Below, piece after piece: positions 24,412-33,950 of a stretch of 36,214 nt of DNA (its first letter is position 1; each line of letters begins with the position of its first letter). The position numbers and the translations under genes are program-made. Origin of the DNA: a virus (lineage: Duplodnaviria > Caudoviricetes); the IMG/VR virus record IMGVR_UViG_3300025470_000044, positions 1 to 36,214 of that record, one strand, 5' to 3'. The notes under the pieces are model-generated. The model made no database searches and was not told the origin of the DNA. It saw nothing but the letters and a program-made list of their open reading frames with translations.

Positions 24412-25028
24412 CGCCCATCATTAAAATTGAGCTCTCGCCCAAGGCGGAGAAGATCGTCGCCAGCTATCAGACGCTGCCCGCGCGCCTGGTGCAGGCTGTG
24501 GCGCGTGGCATGGACAAGGCCAATGAATATGCCAAGGCAAACATTGAGCAGAAGCATTTGACCGGCAAAGGACCGTTCCCGCCGGCTGAGCACAAGCTGG
24601 GCGTTCGCTCTGGATTGTTGCGCAAGATGGCCTATGCAAGCCCGGCCCAGCAGATCACGGCCACGACCGTGCAGAGCGCAATAGGCGCGGCAGTGAAATA
24701 CGCCGCCATTCACGAGTTCGGCGGCCGGATCCACCGCGAGCCGCGCCAGATGACCATCCGGCACAAAACCGATGCGCGCGGCAACCTGGTGACCCGCACG
24801 CTCTCGCGCCTTTCCAAGAGCGGAGTTGTTACCAGTCCCAACAGCATGCTGATTTTTGCCAAGGCCGGGGCCAAGCGCGTTCGCGAGACCGTGGTGCAGT
24901 CCAAGGCCCACGACATCAATATGCCTGAGCGCGCCCCATTCCGCACCGGCCTGGCGGAATCGCGCGAGATCTATAACCTGCGCATCAGCTCTGCGATCGT
25001 GGCGGAATGGAAAGCCATGGGCTCATAG
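24408..25028 (+). CDS. Neck/tail-completion protein (Mu gpG / HK97 gp10-like)
   Basis: VRSGLLRK, VKYAAIHEFGG, MPERAPF; start at 24408. Confidence 0.8.
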   Translation: MTPIIKIELSPKAEKIVASYQTLPARLVQAVARGMDKANEYAKANIEQKHLTGKGPFPPAEHKLGVRSGLLRKMAYASPAQQITATTVQSAIGAAVKYAAIHEFGGRIHREPRQMTIRHKTDARGNLVTRTLSRLSKSGVVTSPNSMLIFAKAGAKRVRETVVQSKAHDINMPERAPFRTGLAESREIYNLRISSAIVAEWKAMGS

Positions 25029-25032
25029 ACCA

Positions 25033-25794
25033 ATGAATAATACAGACATCATTGATCGTCTGCCCCAGGAGCTCGCCAACTGCCTGGCCACTGACGCGTT
25101 CTTTGCGAATATCCCGATTGTGGTGGCCGAAAAGGGCGATGTGGCCGTCGAATATGCTCGTGCGCAAGCGGTGATCAGCGAGAAGGGCGGCCAGCGCGGT
25201 GTGGCAGTGATCGTCCTGCAGGTCGTCGCCGATGACATGAGCAACAATCTCCAATTCGGCCCGATGATTCTCAAGCCGGCAATCCAGGTGATGGAAAATG
25301 TCGAGCTGAATAATGATCCCAATGGCACCGGTTTGAGCGCGCGCAAAGTCGCCCGGAAGATCCGCGACGTGATCAAAACGCAAAACATGATTGGCCTGGT
25401 GGCCAATATGACCACCGGCAAACCTTGCATTGAGCCCGTGGAGATCAAGGACGCCGACGTGGCCACAATATCCTACCAGGTCAATTTTGAATGCGTTGAA
25501 GTGGGCCAGCAGCAAATGACGGCCGTGCAGATGCCTGCAATCCTCACGGCCACCGGCCCGGCGCGGTTCCAGCTTGCGTGCGCCACGCCTGGCGCCCAGA
25601 TCTGGTACACCTTGGATGATTCGTTTCCCTTCAATGGATCGAACCAGGTCTATCCAGGATCCACTGCCCAGCTCTTTGTCGCCGGCACGCCGGTCAATGT
25701 CCCCGTGGGCGGCTGCATCTTGCGTGCGCGGGCCTACCTGGCGGGCGACAACAATATTTCCAGCAGCATTAACCGGGCAATTTTGCCCAATTAA
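25033..25794 (+). CDS. Putative tail terminator with C-terminal chitobiase/Fn3-associated Ig-like domain
   Basis: Position; LACATPGAQIWYTLDDSFP...LRARAY; start at 25033. Confidence 0.6.
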   Translation: MNNTDIIDRLPQELANCLATDAFFANIPIVVAEKGDVAVEYARAQAVISEKGGQRGVAVIVLQVVADDMSNNLQFGPMILKPAIQVMENVELNNDPNGTGLSARKVARKIRDVIKTQNMIGLVANMTTGKPCIEPVEIKDADVATISYQVNFECVEVGQQQMTAVQMPAILTATGPARFQLACATPGAQIWYTLDDSFPFNGSNQVYPGSTAQLFVAGTPVNVPVGGCILRARAYLAGDNNISSSINRAILPN

Positions 25795-25806
25795 CCACCT
25801 CAAAAT

Positions 25807-26088
25807 ATGACCAAAACCACCCTATTCGACCTCGCCAAATCCGCCAGCGCCGCTGCCGAAGCCGCTGCCGGCAAAGACATCCTCACTGCCGATCAAATCA
25901 AAATGGACGCTTTCAAGGCTAGCGGCTTTGATACCCGCGACTATGCCCGCTGGTGCGCCATGTTTTCCGATCAGCTCACCTCCATCTCATTCCTGTCCCA
26001 GCAACTCGCGCCCTCCGCTGCGGCCGATGCCGCCGCCGCCCAAGCCGCAGCCATCAAAGCCGCCAGCGCTTCGCCCGAAAAAAACTAA
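25807..26088 (+). CDS. Hypothetical Ala-rich protein (93 aa)
   Basis: Clean ORF between terminator-like gene and tube gene; ends in A AAA AAC TAA. Confidence 0.7.
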   Translation: MTKTTLFDLAKSASAAAEAAAGKDILTADQIKMDAFKASGFDTRDYARWCAMFSDQLTSISFLSQQLAPSAAADAAAAQAAAIKAASASPEKN

Positions 26089-26125
26089 CCGCCGTCAAAC
26101 TCAGCGCCATTAACCGTCATCCCTT

Positions 26126-27124
26126 ATGTCTGCACAAACTTACTACACCGGCCCCGCCAAAGTTTACCTGGGCAACAACTCCGTTGCCATGCAGGCCAAT
26201 GGCGCATCGGGCCAGGTGAAATTCTCCATCAACGAAAAGACGAGCGACATTGCCACGGCCATGTTCGGCAAAATTGCCGAAGGCTTGGATGACGTTACCG
26301 GCGAAATCGACGTGACGCCCTTTGACGCCTGGCACTTGTTGCCCACGCTCCTGCCGCCCTACCTGGGCGTCACCACCGCCAGCGGTACCGGGTTTGGGGC
26401 CGGCGCATTGGTCATTGGCACCCGTCCGCATGGTGCCACCAACAGCCCAGCCAAAATCTTTACCCCGGACGGCCGCTTGTACATGCCCGTGCGCACGGCC
26501 GTGGTGGGACATCCCTCGCTCAAGCTGAGCCCTGGTGAAGGCCTTTATGGCCCCGTAAAGATATCCTGCCTGGGCGATCCTACGCTCGCGCCAGGTGCCA
26601 GTGGCTTTCTGCTGACGGGCAATGCCATTACCGAAACGGCCGGCGTGGATCCCGGCGACGCAATGGCCCTGACGGACTTCGTGCGCGGCCGGTGGACGGG
26701 TGCCTGGGGCACGCTCGCCGGCTGGGGTGGCGATGGCGCTTCCACGCTCGAAGGCGAGGACGGCTGGGAAATCATCCCGGATATCAAATACTCGCCGCGC
26801 ACCGTCCAGAAGCTCACCCGGCACATGGTGCTGGATTCGGTGGCGTTCATGGCCAAGGTGCGCCCGGTCGGTCCCACGCAGACGCAGATTGCCGCTGCTC
26901 TCCTGGCCCACACCCAGGGCTTGCGTTTGGGAGCCAGCACCAATGCGGCCGATCTGGTATTGACCGGCCCCAACAGCAAGACCATCACGCTCAAGCAAGC
27001 GGATATCAAGGGCGCCGGCTTCGAGTTTGGCGGGACCAAATTGGGCAACGGAGAGCTTGGCTTCGTGACAAGCATGACGTTCACGGCCGGCGCGCCGGCC
27101 GCGCTGTTGGCGTTCAGCGCCTGA
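26126..27124 (+). CDS. Major tail tube protein (putative)
   Basis: YYTGPAKVYLG...GQVKFSI; Gly/Thr/Ala-rich; position; no sheath gene. Confidence 0.65.
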   Translation: MSAQTYYTGPAKVYLGNNSVAMQANGASGQVKFSINEKTSDIATAMFGKIAEGLDDVTGEIDVTPFDAWHLLPTLLPPYLGVTTASGTGFGAGALVIGTRPHGATNSPAKIFTPDGRLYMPVRTAVVGHPSLKLSPGEGLYGPVKISCLGDPTLAPGASGFLLTGNAITETAGVDPGDAMALTDFVRGRWTGAWGTLAGWGGDGASTLEGEDGWEIIPDIKYSPRTVQKLTRHMVLDSVAFMAKVRPVGPTQTQIAAALLAHTQGLRLGASTNAADLVLTGPNSKTITLKQADIKGAGFEFGGTKLGNGELGFVTSMTFTAGAPAALLAFSA

Positions 27125-27133
27125 TTCTGATCC

Positions 27134-27529
27134 ATGACCGTTAACTACCAAGTCGTCGGCGGTTCTGGTTGGACGCTTCTCTTCAACGAAGCAGCCGGTG
27201 ATGCCAACGAACGATTTGCCCCCACGTTCCGCGACCAGTTGCAGAGCGTGAGCGGCTATGGCGCAGCCAATACGGTCAAGGTGCCCCAATCAAACACCCA
27301 AGGCCAATTGGCCTTGCGCTGGTCAAGCAACTACGCCAGCGCTGATGCCGCCCTGGCCGCTATCAAGACGCTTCGATCCACCTTCAAGGGTGTGGCCGTG
27401 AATCTGCAAGTGATCCAGGGTGCCACCACGCAATACTTCAACAACGCCGTGCTGAGCAGCAGCGCCCACGATCTCCACGGCAAGGAGTGCATGCACAGCA
27501 TGACCTTCGAGACCGACGATATTTCATGA
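27134..27529 (+). CDS. Tail-module protein (131 aa), possibly distal-tail-like
   Basis: Beta-rich ORF, ATGA-coupled to the next gene. Confidence 0.6.
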   Translation: MTVNYQVVGGSGWTLLFNEAAGDANERFAPTFRDQLQSVSGYGAANTVKVPQSNTQGQLALRWSSNYASADAALAAIKTLRSTFKGVAVNLQVIQGATTQYFNNAVLSSSAHDLHGKECMHSMTFETDDIS

Positions 27530-29787
27530 GAAAACTCGCCCTCATTTTTAGTTTTGCATTTTTAATTTTGCATTGCTCGGCCACGCCCGTGCTCTTTTCC
27601 TTGCAGGCATTAAACGGTAGCGCGGCCAACCGCACCATCTTGGTGACGCCGGATCCCGTCACGCCGGCGACTTATGGTACCAACCTGGTGCCGCTCACAT
27701 CCATCACCCTTCAGCCAGTCGGCGGCAGCATCACTACCAACCTGCTGAGCTGGGGATATACCGTGCGAGTGGACGGTTGGAGCCAGGGAATTCATATCAT
27801 TGTGCCAACAGCCACCAATACGATCAACGTCGTCACCTTGATCAATACGAATGCGTTTATCGGCTCCAACATTTATTTGCCTGGAGCTTTTTCCCTTGGC
27901 GGTTATGTCCCCGGCACAAATGGTAATCCTGTCGCCTGGATGCTTGGCTTGGATGCCTTCGGGAATCTCGCCAGCAATGCGGTACCCACTGGGGGTTCTG
28001 GCGGGGGCAGCGGAACTATCACCAATGCCTTGCCAACGAATGCGGCCCTGCCGAGCGTGGCAGGCCCGATCGTCTTCATCCCGACCAATTACGACAGCGT
28101 TGGTGCGGCCCAGAGTTCGACGAATGTCCTGGGCTCGGCTGCTTGGAAAAGCATTGGCTTCTTTGACCTTTTTGGTGCGGCTCAGAATGCGACGAACGGA
28201 TTGGTGAATGCCAACCTCTTTGTCACGCACACGGACGGCTACAACTATACGAACACCAGCGGCGTGTATATGGGCACGTTCGGTGGTGGCCCAAGTGCCG
28301 CCTATTTTGCCGACGGTGTGAGCAGCCTCTATGATTCAATCACTGGTGGCAGTAATGGCCTCGCAATACTTGGCAACATTGAATTGCCGGCCACCAACTT
28401 CTACTTTGGAAATGGAAAGTACCTCTCCAATCTTCCCCCGACCGCAATCGTTGGAAACGCGGTCACGAATATCGCAGCCGGCGGCGGATCCACGAACCTA
28501 CTCGGCACGACATCGGGCGGGGTCGAGGTTCCTGTTCCGTGGTCTGCGCTTCCGAGTAGTGGGGGATCAATGCCCAATGGCGTGGTGACGAATGGCGGGG
28601 GGCAGACCATCACGAACCTCGGGCCGAATGGCTACCAACTTGGGAGTGGTGGCGCAACTTGGTGGATAATGACGAATGCGCTCGGGGCGCTTTGCTTAAG
28701 CAATCAGTACGGCTCTCTTACGCTGTCCACCAATTTGTGTATTACAAACAACTCTGCCGCCGCGCTGATCGCAGGCCTTGGACTGGTTCAGTCAGGTGGG
28801 TACGTCTATGCCGGACGGCTAAACGCAAGTGTTTCGCTGCAAATTAATTCACAGGCTTCGCAAGCACTTAACGCGACGGCGGCTGGCCTATATGTCGGCG
28901 ACGGAGCTTCTCATCCGGTTGGCACCGTTATCGCGTCCAACCTGCAGTTGTCCGGCAGCGCATTCCTTTCCAACGGGTTTGCGGTGTATCAGAGCCCGGT
29001 AACGACCACGAATCCGTTTGCCGTGTACGGCACCAATGGAGTGAAGGTCCACTGGGTGGATACGAACAATTCGGTGTGGTTCTATGCGGGTGGAAACTCG
29101 ATGCAAGTCACCAACGGCGCGGCCGTCATTTTCCCGGATGCACCGGGCACCGGCTTCTACCCGAATTATGGACTGGTGGAGTCTGGCGGCAGTTTCCCGG
29201 CGTCCATTGACTTCTACAACGGCAACATCTACGCCAATTCAAACCTGTACGTCATGGGGGCTGAGACCATATATGGATCGTTGGCTGCGGGCAATGTGAC
29301 TGCATCTGGTGCGTTCAATGGGAATGGGGCTGGTTTGACAAACCTGAACCTGTCGACCGCCCTTCGAGTTGATTGCATACAGATGTGGAAGACAAACCCA
29401 ACCCCAACCATTGCAGCGTTGAACGCTATTACCAACTGGAATGGGACGACTGGTGTCAGCAATAATTTCACAGCCAACTTTCCCGCTGGAACCGTAACCA
29501 ATTTGAACGCCGGATTATTTGTGCTAAACACGCAAACGGATTACCAAAATAACAACGCAATTTCTTTGGCCGTCCTGTCCAATGGTGTTCCCATCGGGCC
29601 AGTAATTCCGGGCTCTTATGGTGGTGGATCAAGTGCGTCTGACCGTGGGCCGTGGATCAATGGGTTACTCGTGGTCCTGCCCGCGAACACAGCTATTTCT
29701 ATTGCACCAACCAATTATAATGGCCTCGGCCTGGTGGGCGGTGCGACGACAAACGCGATCATGTCCATTTACAAAATTTCCAACTAA
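27526..29787 (+). CDS. Fibre/adhesin-like protein with N-terminal signal peptide (753 aa)
   Basis: Start MRKLALIFSFAFLILHCSA|T by ATGA overlap; G/T/N-rich; YFGNGKYLSNL and FNGNGAGLTNL; C-terminal BclA/C1q-like pattern ending SIYKISN. Confidence 0.75.
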   Translation: MRKLALIFSFAFLILHCSATPVLFSLQALNGSAANRTILVTPDPVTPATYGTNLVPLTSITLQPVGGSITTNLLSWGYTVRVDGWSQGIHIIVPTATNTINVVTLINTNAFIGSNIYLPGAFSLGGYVPGTNGNPVAWMLGLDAFGNLASNAVPTGGSGGGSGTITNALPTNAALPSVAGPIVFIPTNYDSVGAAQSSTNVLGSAAWKSIGFFDLFGAAQNATNGLVNANLFVTHTDGYNYTNTSGVYMGTFGGGPSAAYFADGVSSLYDSITGGSNGLAILGNIELPATNFYFGNGKYLSNLPPTAIVGNAVTNIAAGGGSTNLLGTTSGGVEVPVPWSALPSSGGSMPNGVVTNGGGQTITNLGPNGYQLGSGGATWWIMTNALGALCLSNQYGSLTLSTNLCITNNSAAALIAGLGLVQSGGYVYAGRLNASVSLQINSQASQALNATAAGLYVGDGASHPVGTVIASNLQLSGSAFLSNGFAVYQSPVTTTNPFAVYGTNGVKVHWVDTNNSVWFYAGGNSMQVTNGAAVIFPDAPGTGFYPNYGLVESGGSFPASIDFYNGNIYANSNLYVMGAETIYGSLAAGNVTASGAFNGNGAGLTNLNLSTALRVDCIQMWKTNPTPTIAALNAITNWNGTTGVSNNFTANFPAGTVTNLNAGLFVLNTQTDYQNNNAISLAVLSNGVPIGPVIPGSYGGGSSASDRGPWINGLLVVLPANTAISIAPTNYNGLGLVGGATTNAIMSIYKISN

Positions 29788-29792
29788 AAATT

Positions 29793-30041
29793 ATGCCAAT
29801 CGAAATCAACCCCAACGTCATCACCACTCAATCCATCAGCGTCCCGCCGGTGCAGATCCAGCCGGCCGACCTGGACACCATCATAACCATGCTCGAGGCG
29901 GCGGGTGTGATTGCCAGTAGCAGCGTCAAAATCACCGCCAGCAATCTCCTCAGCCTCAGCGTTGACCGCAAGAACGACGGTGTGGTGGACGGAAATGGCA
30001 ACAGCCTACTCTATTTCGAGGCAAATATCCGCACCGTTTAG
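29793..30041 (+). CDS. Hypothetical protein (82 aa)
   Basis: Starts just after the fibre-like gene stop. Confidence 0.7.
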   Translation: MPIEINPNVITTQSISVPPVQIQPADLDTIITMLEAAGVIASSSVKITASNLLSLSVDRKNDGVVDGNGNSLLYFEANIRTV

Positions 30042-30077
30042 CAATAGCCATACGTCCGCAACCGCCCAATCTGTCCC

Positions 30078-31490
30078 ATGCCTGATCAAGACTTCAAGCT
30101 GCTCATCACCGGTGACGCATCCAGCGCCGTCGATGCCGCCCAGCAGACCGGGGATGCCCTGCAAAAACTGAAGGGGGAAACCGCCGGTCTTAACGATGAG
30201 ACCAAGGATACCACCGATGCTGTTGCAGATATGGGGGCATCCTCGGAGTCGACGGGAGAAAAGGTTGAAGAGGCCGGAAAGAAAGCAGGTGAGTCGGGAG
30301 AGAAACATCGGGCACTCCGGCGGATCATGGGTGAACTCAATCGGATCTCTCCTGGCCTGGGCGAAGTATTGGAGCTCTTGTCTTCCTCATATAGGGCTGC
30401 CGGGGAGGCAGCGGAAGGCGGCGCAGTTGGGGTTCAGGAGTTTAATGTGGCGCTGAAGGAAGTCCTTGTTTCCCTGGGGCCACTCGTTATTGCGATGCTG
30501 GCGGTTGAGGCCGTCATGGAGTATTGGGACATGTACAAGGAGAAGGTCAAGGGTGCGGCGGAAGCGCAGGAGGAGGCTACCAAACGCATTGTGGAATCCA
30601 CCAAATCAGCCTTGGAGGCTGTGCGCGAACTGGATGAAGCCATGCATCCCAAGGAGCAGGGCGTGGCGGAAAAGGACGAGGCAAATCTCAAGAAGAACCT
30701 CCATGATCTGGACAATGCTTATGCCCGACAGAAGGAGCTAAACAGGGCAGAAGAAGAGAAGGAAGTGGCTGCGGCAGGCAGTCCAGCGGAGAAGGAGGCA
30801 ATCAAGAAGAAGTTCGAGGCCTTGGATGCTCAGCTCAACGAATGGCGGGAGAAGCAGAAAGCGGCTGTCGAGTCAGCCATGGTCGGTACCATGCAAAAAC
30901 AGCTCGATGAACTCAAGGCGGCGGAGCCAGATCTGATCAAGAAGCTGGCGGCCCAATATCGCCTCGGGATTGAGACGGGCAATATGGGCCGCTACAACCA
31001 GACCCGAGACATTCTCAAGAAGAACGCCGAGGAGGCCAAATCTATCCGTGGGAAAATGGACGAAGTTAGCGAGCAAAAGGAGACCGACGCCGGAGACGCA
31101 GAGTTTAGGGAGGAGACCAATCGCCAGGTGTTTGAAACGAAGGGGGAAAAATATCAGGCACCAAAAGCGGGATTCGACATGCCGACACCCGATGCAGCTG
31201 CAAACGATGCGGCCGGCAAATTTGCCACTGGCAAATCCATTGCTGATACTGCGCTGGGCGGTGGCAACGTGGATTCCGCCTCGCAACAGTTTTTGGTTGT
31301 TTTGGAGCAGTCGATTACTGGCCAGAAGCTGACATTTGAGCAGGCTGTCCGCTTGATAGAGATGCAATCAAAAAATCACGATTTTGTGAGCACTTTGCTT
31401 GAGCGGAATATTCAGAAAATTGAAGCCGTTACGAGTCGATTGTCTACCCTCGAGTCGCGGATACGAGGCATTCCAGGAATGTCGAAATAG
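30078..31490 (+). CDS. Tail tape measure protein (short, 470 aa)
   Basis: FKLLITGDASSA N-terminus, Ala/Glu/Lys helical, hydrophobic LGPLVIAMLAV; position before tip genes. Confidence 0.75.
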   Translation: MPDQDFKLLITGDASSAVDAAQQTGDALQKLKGETAGLNDETKDTTDAVADMGASSESTGEKVEEAGKKAGESGEKHRALRRIMGELNRISPGLGEVLELLSSSYRAAGEAAEGGAVGVQEFNVALKEVLVSLGPLVIAMLAVEAVMEYWDMYKEKVKGAAEAQEEATKRIVESTKSALEAVRELDEAMHPKEQGVAEKDEANLKKNLHDLDNAYARQKELNRAEEEKEVAAAGSPAEKEAIKKKFEALDAQLNEWREKQKAAVESAMVGTMQKQLDELKAAEPDLIKKLAAQYRLGIETGNMGRYNQTRDILKKNAEEAKSIRGKMDEVSEQKETDAGDAEFREETNRQVFETKGEKYQAPKAGFDMPTPDAAANDAAGKFATGKSIADTALGGGNVDSASQQFLVVLEQSITGQKLTFEQAVRLIEMQSKNHDFVSTLLERNIQKIEAVTSRLSTLESRIRGIPGMSK

Positions 31491-31493
31491 ATT

Positions 31494-33947
31494 ATGGAAA
31501 CGATCGCTTACAAGGTCGGCTCAACGTGGACCGAGATTAGCTTCCTTGCCCTGGGTGTCGGCGCCTCGGCCCATTTGAACCTCGGCACGCATGGTGAGAG
31601 CAAGTTTACTCTGCCGTTGGCGGAATTGCCTCCGGAGACGGCCGTGGCCATCCCGTTCGAGGCTCCATGCATCATTTACACCGGCCGCACTGGAGCCGGA
31701 TCCACGTGGAGCGGTGGGAGCATCCTCTTCCAAGGACGACGTACGGACAACTCGGGGCAGGCCAGCGCCAGCGGCGCCAGCCAGGAGTTAGTGATCGAAG
31801 ACGCCTGGTACGATCTGCGCATGCTCACGCTGCAAGCCGCCTGGCCACAGATCACCGCATTTACCGGCACTACTCCGACGTTCGGGACGCCATTCACCTG
31901 GCCGGATTGCGTGTTATTCCAGGCATCTGCCAGCGGCCAGCTTCTGCCCAATGGCACATTCGGCACCTATTCTCCCGCCCCATCATATTCACACATCACC
32001 ACGGGCCAGACGATTGAAGAGATATTGGCGTATGCCATCTACTTTGGTGGGGTTACCCTACAGATCGGCACGCTGGCTGATTGCGCGACCTATGTTCCTT
32101 TCTATCCTGTTCGCGCCATGCGTTGTTCTGAAGCCATCAAGGTTGCGCTCCGGGTGCATCCGGACTGCATGTGCGAGATCGACTACACGACCACGCCCCC
32201 GACTTTCAACATCCGGAAACAGTCGAATTTGACCACCATCACGCTGCCCTACAAGGGCAGCGCCAGCAATCGCACCCATCTGACCAGCAGCGTGCGTCCA
32301 CGGCCGGAGCTGATCCCCTCGCGAGTTGGCGTCTATATCAAAGCCACGTCTACGATCAATGGCAACAGTGTCGTGAATGTGAGCTCAGACATCTATCCCG
32401 TGAGCACGCCCAGCGGTTTGCGTAGCCTGGATGTCTCGGTGGACATGTGCGGTCCCAAGCTCTCCAAGACCACGGCTACATTGGTGACATCCATATTTAA
32501 CCCTGCCAGCCTCACCTGGTGGGCCGCCAAGGTGCCAGCACTTCAATCTCAGGCCAATGGTGGCCAGATACCGAGCTCGGGCGCCGGGTCGCTTGCGTTG
32601 ATCGACGGCACCGTAAACGGCGGTACCGGAACCCACCCCAAAGGGATCCAGGTTGTCGACAATTCTGGCAACCCGATCAATTTGGGAACGTATGGATGGG
32701 AGTTGGTCACCGGAACCCCCTGTTCCTGGATGAATGTTGTGGGCGGCGGCGCGGCCGTGGCTGTTGTTGAGGCAAACATCGTGGCGTTTTTTTCGTACAA
32801 TAAAGTCACAAGCGCCGGCGCGTCCAGCCTGGTGGATCAGGTCTCTGAGCACATGCATACGTGCCGGGTGAAGTTGATCAACACTGCCTCCGGAGTTTTC
32901 TCGCTGTCGCAAACGCTGGCCACAGGTGAGACGTATCCGACTGGCTTTGCTCAGGCCATCTATGCGGCCCTGCAGACGCTCCAATACAGTTTTACGCATA
33001 CCATTTTGGAGGCGCCTTATGCCACGCTGATCAAGCCCGGAAAGCACTCACTAAACCTCAGCGGCGGAGCCACGGCATGGACAACAATGGCTGCCATGAT
33101 CCAGGCCGTTGACTACGAGTTCAGCTTTGCTCCTGGGATCCCCATGACGGTGAGTAAGACCACGGTGCATTGCGGGCCGGTCGCGCATCTCGATGTGGGA
33201 GAACTGATTCAGGTGTTCAATCTTTTCACGAACCGGGATCTATCGAAAATCAACCCCAGCGAGCGCGCTGGCGGCGTGGATCTGTCCGGTGGCCAAGTCA
33301 CCCTGGGCAATGATAGCCCCAAGGAAAATAGTGTCCCGGCGCCGGCAGTAAATGCTGTGCAGAATTTCACCGCGTCCGATACGACTGCCAGCAACGTCAC
33401 CAACATCATCACCCATGATGCAACCACACACCAGGTGAGCGTCGTACAGAAAAGCACCACTGCTGGGACCACGATCATCACCGGCAGCATCCCTGTCGAG
33501 TTCACCGGCTCTGGCGCACCGGGATCCAGCTCGCTGCCGGCAGCCGCCTATTTCCGGGTCGGCGACCATTATGTCGACACGACCGGAAACACCTTATGGC
33601 GGTGCACCGCCAGTGGTAGCAATAGCGGGTCCACCTGGGTGCAGATCAGCGGCGGCAGCGGTAGCATCACTGTCGAGCAATACAACAATGCCCACGGATA
33701 TGCCGTGGGCAGTATCGTATTTGTTTTTGCTTCCGTCCTGATCGGCACCGTGACAGTGCTTCCAGGATGCTACATCTGCGTCAACACCGTAATTGCCGGT
33801 GGCACCGGCAACCAAATCCCGCAATATCCACTGCCTGTGAGTGGCACGGTATACTGGTATTGCATCGCCATGGGCATCAGCCTGGTGAACACCTGCAGCG
33901 CTGGTTCTACCACCCAGATATATCTGAACAGCAGCGGCAGCTTCTGA
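31494..33947 (+). CDS. Tail tip/baseplate hub-like protein (817 aa)
   Basis: Follows TMP; ILFQGRR, VIEDAWYDL, TIEEILAYAI hub-like patterns; C-terminal GDHYVDT and YNNAHGYAVGSIV modules. Confidence 0.65.
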   Translation: METIAYKVGSTWTEISFLALGVGASAHLNLGTHGESKFTLPLAELPPETAVAIPFEAPCIIYTGRTGAGSTWSGGSILFQGRRTDNSGQASASGASQELVIEDAWYDLRMLTLQAAWPQITAFTGTTPTFGTPFTWPDCVLFQASASGQLLPNGTFGTYSPAPSYSHITTGQTIEEILAYAIYFGGVTLQIGTLADCATYVPFYPVRAMRCSEAIKVALRVHPDCMCEIDYTTTPPTFNIRKQSNLTTITLPYKGSASNRTHLTSSVRPRPELIPSRVGVYIKATSTINGNSVVNVSSDIYPVSTPSGLRSLDVSVDMCGPKLSKTTATLVTSIFNPASLTWWAAKVPALQSQANGGQIPSSGAGSLALIDGTVNGGTGTHPKGIQVVDNSGNPINLGTYGWELVTGTPCSWMNVVGGGAAVAVVEANIVAFFSYNKVTSAGASSLVDQVSEHMHTCRVKLINTASGVFSLSQTLATGETYPTGFAQAIYAALQTLQYSFTHTILEAPYATLIKPGKHSLNLSGGATAWTTMAAMIQAVDYEFSFAPGIPMTVSKTTVHCGPVAHLDVGELIQVFNLFTNRDLSKINPSERAGGVDLSGGQVTLGNDSPKENSVPAPAVNAVQNFTASDTTASNVTNIITHDATTHQVSVVQKSTTAGTTIITGSIPVEFTGSGAPGSSSLPAAAYFRVGDHYVDTTGNTLWRCTASGSNSGSTWVQISGGSGSITVEQYNNAHGYAVGSIVFVFASVLIGTVTVLPGCYICVNTVIAGGTGNQIPQYPLPVSGTVYWYCIAMGISLVNTCSAGSTTQIYLNSSGSF

Positions 33948-33950
33948 GCC

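Noticed and set aside
19062-27289. Long minus-strand ORFs (19062-20258, 20967-22451, 26117-27289)
   Set aside because: Antisense shadows of portal, capsid and tube genes; no motifs
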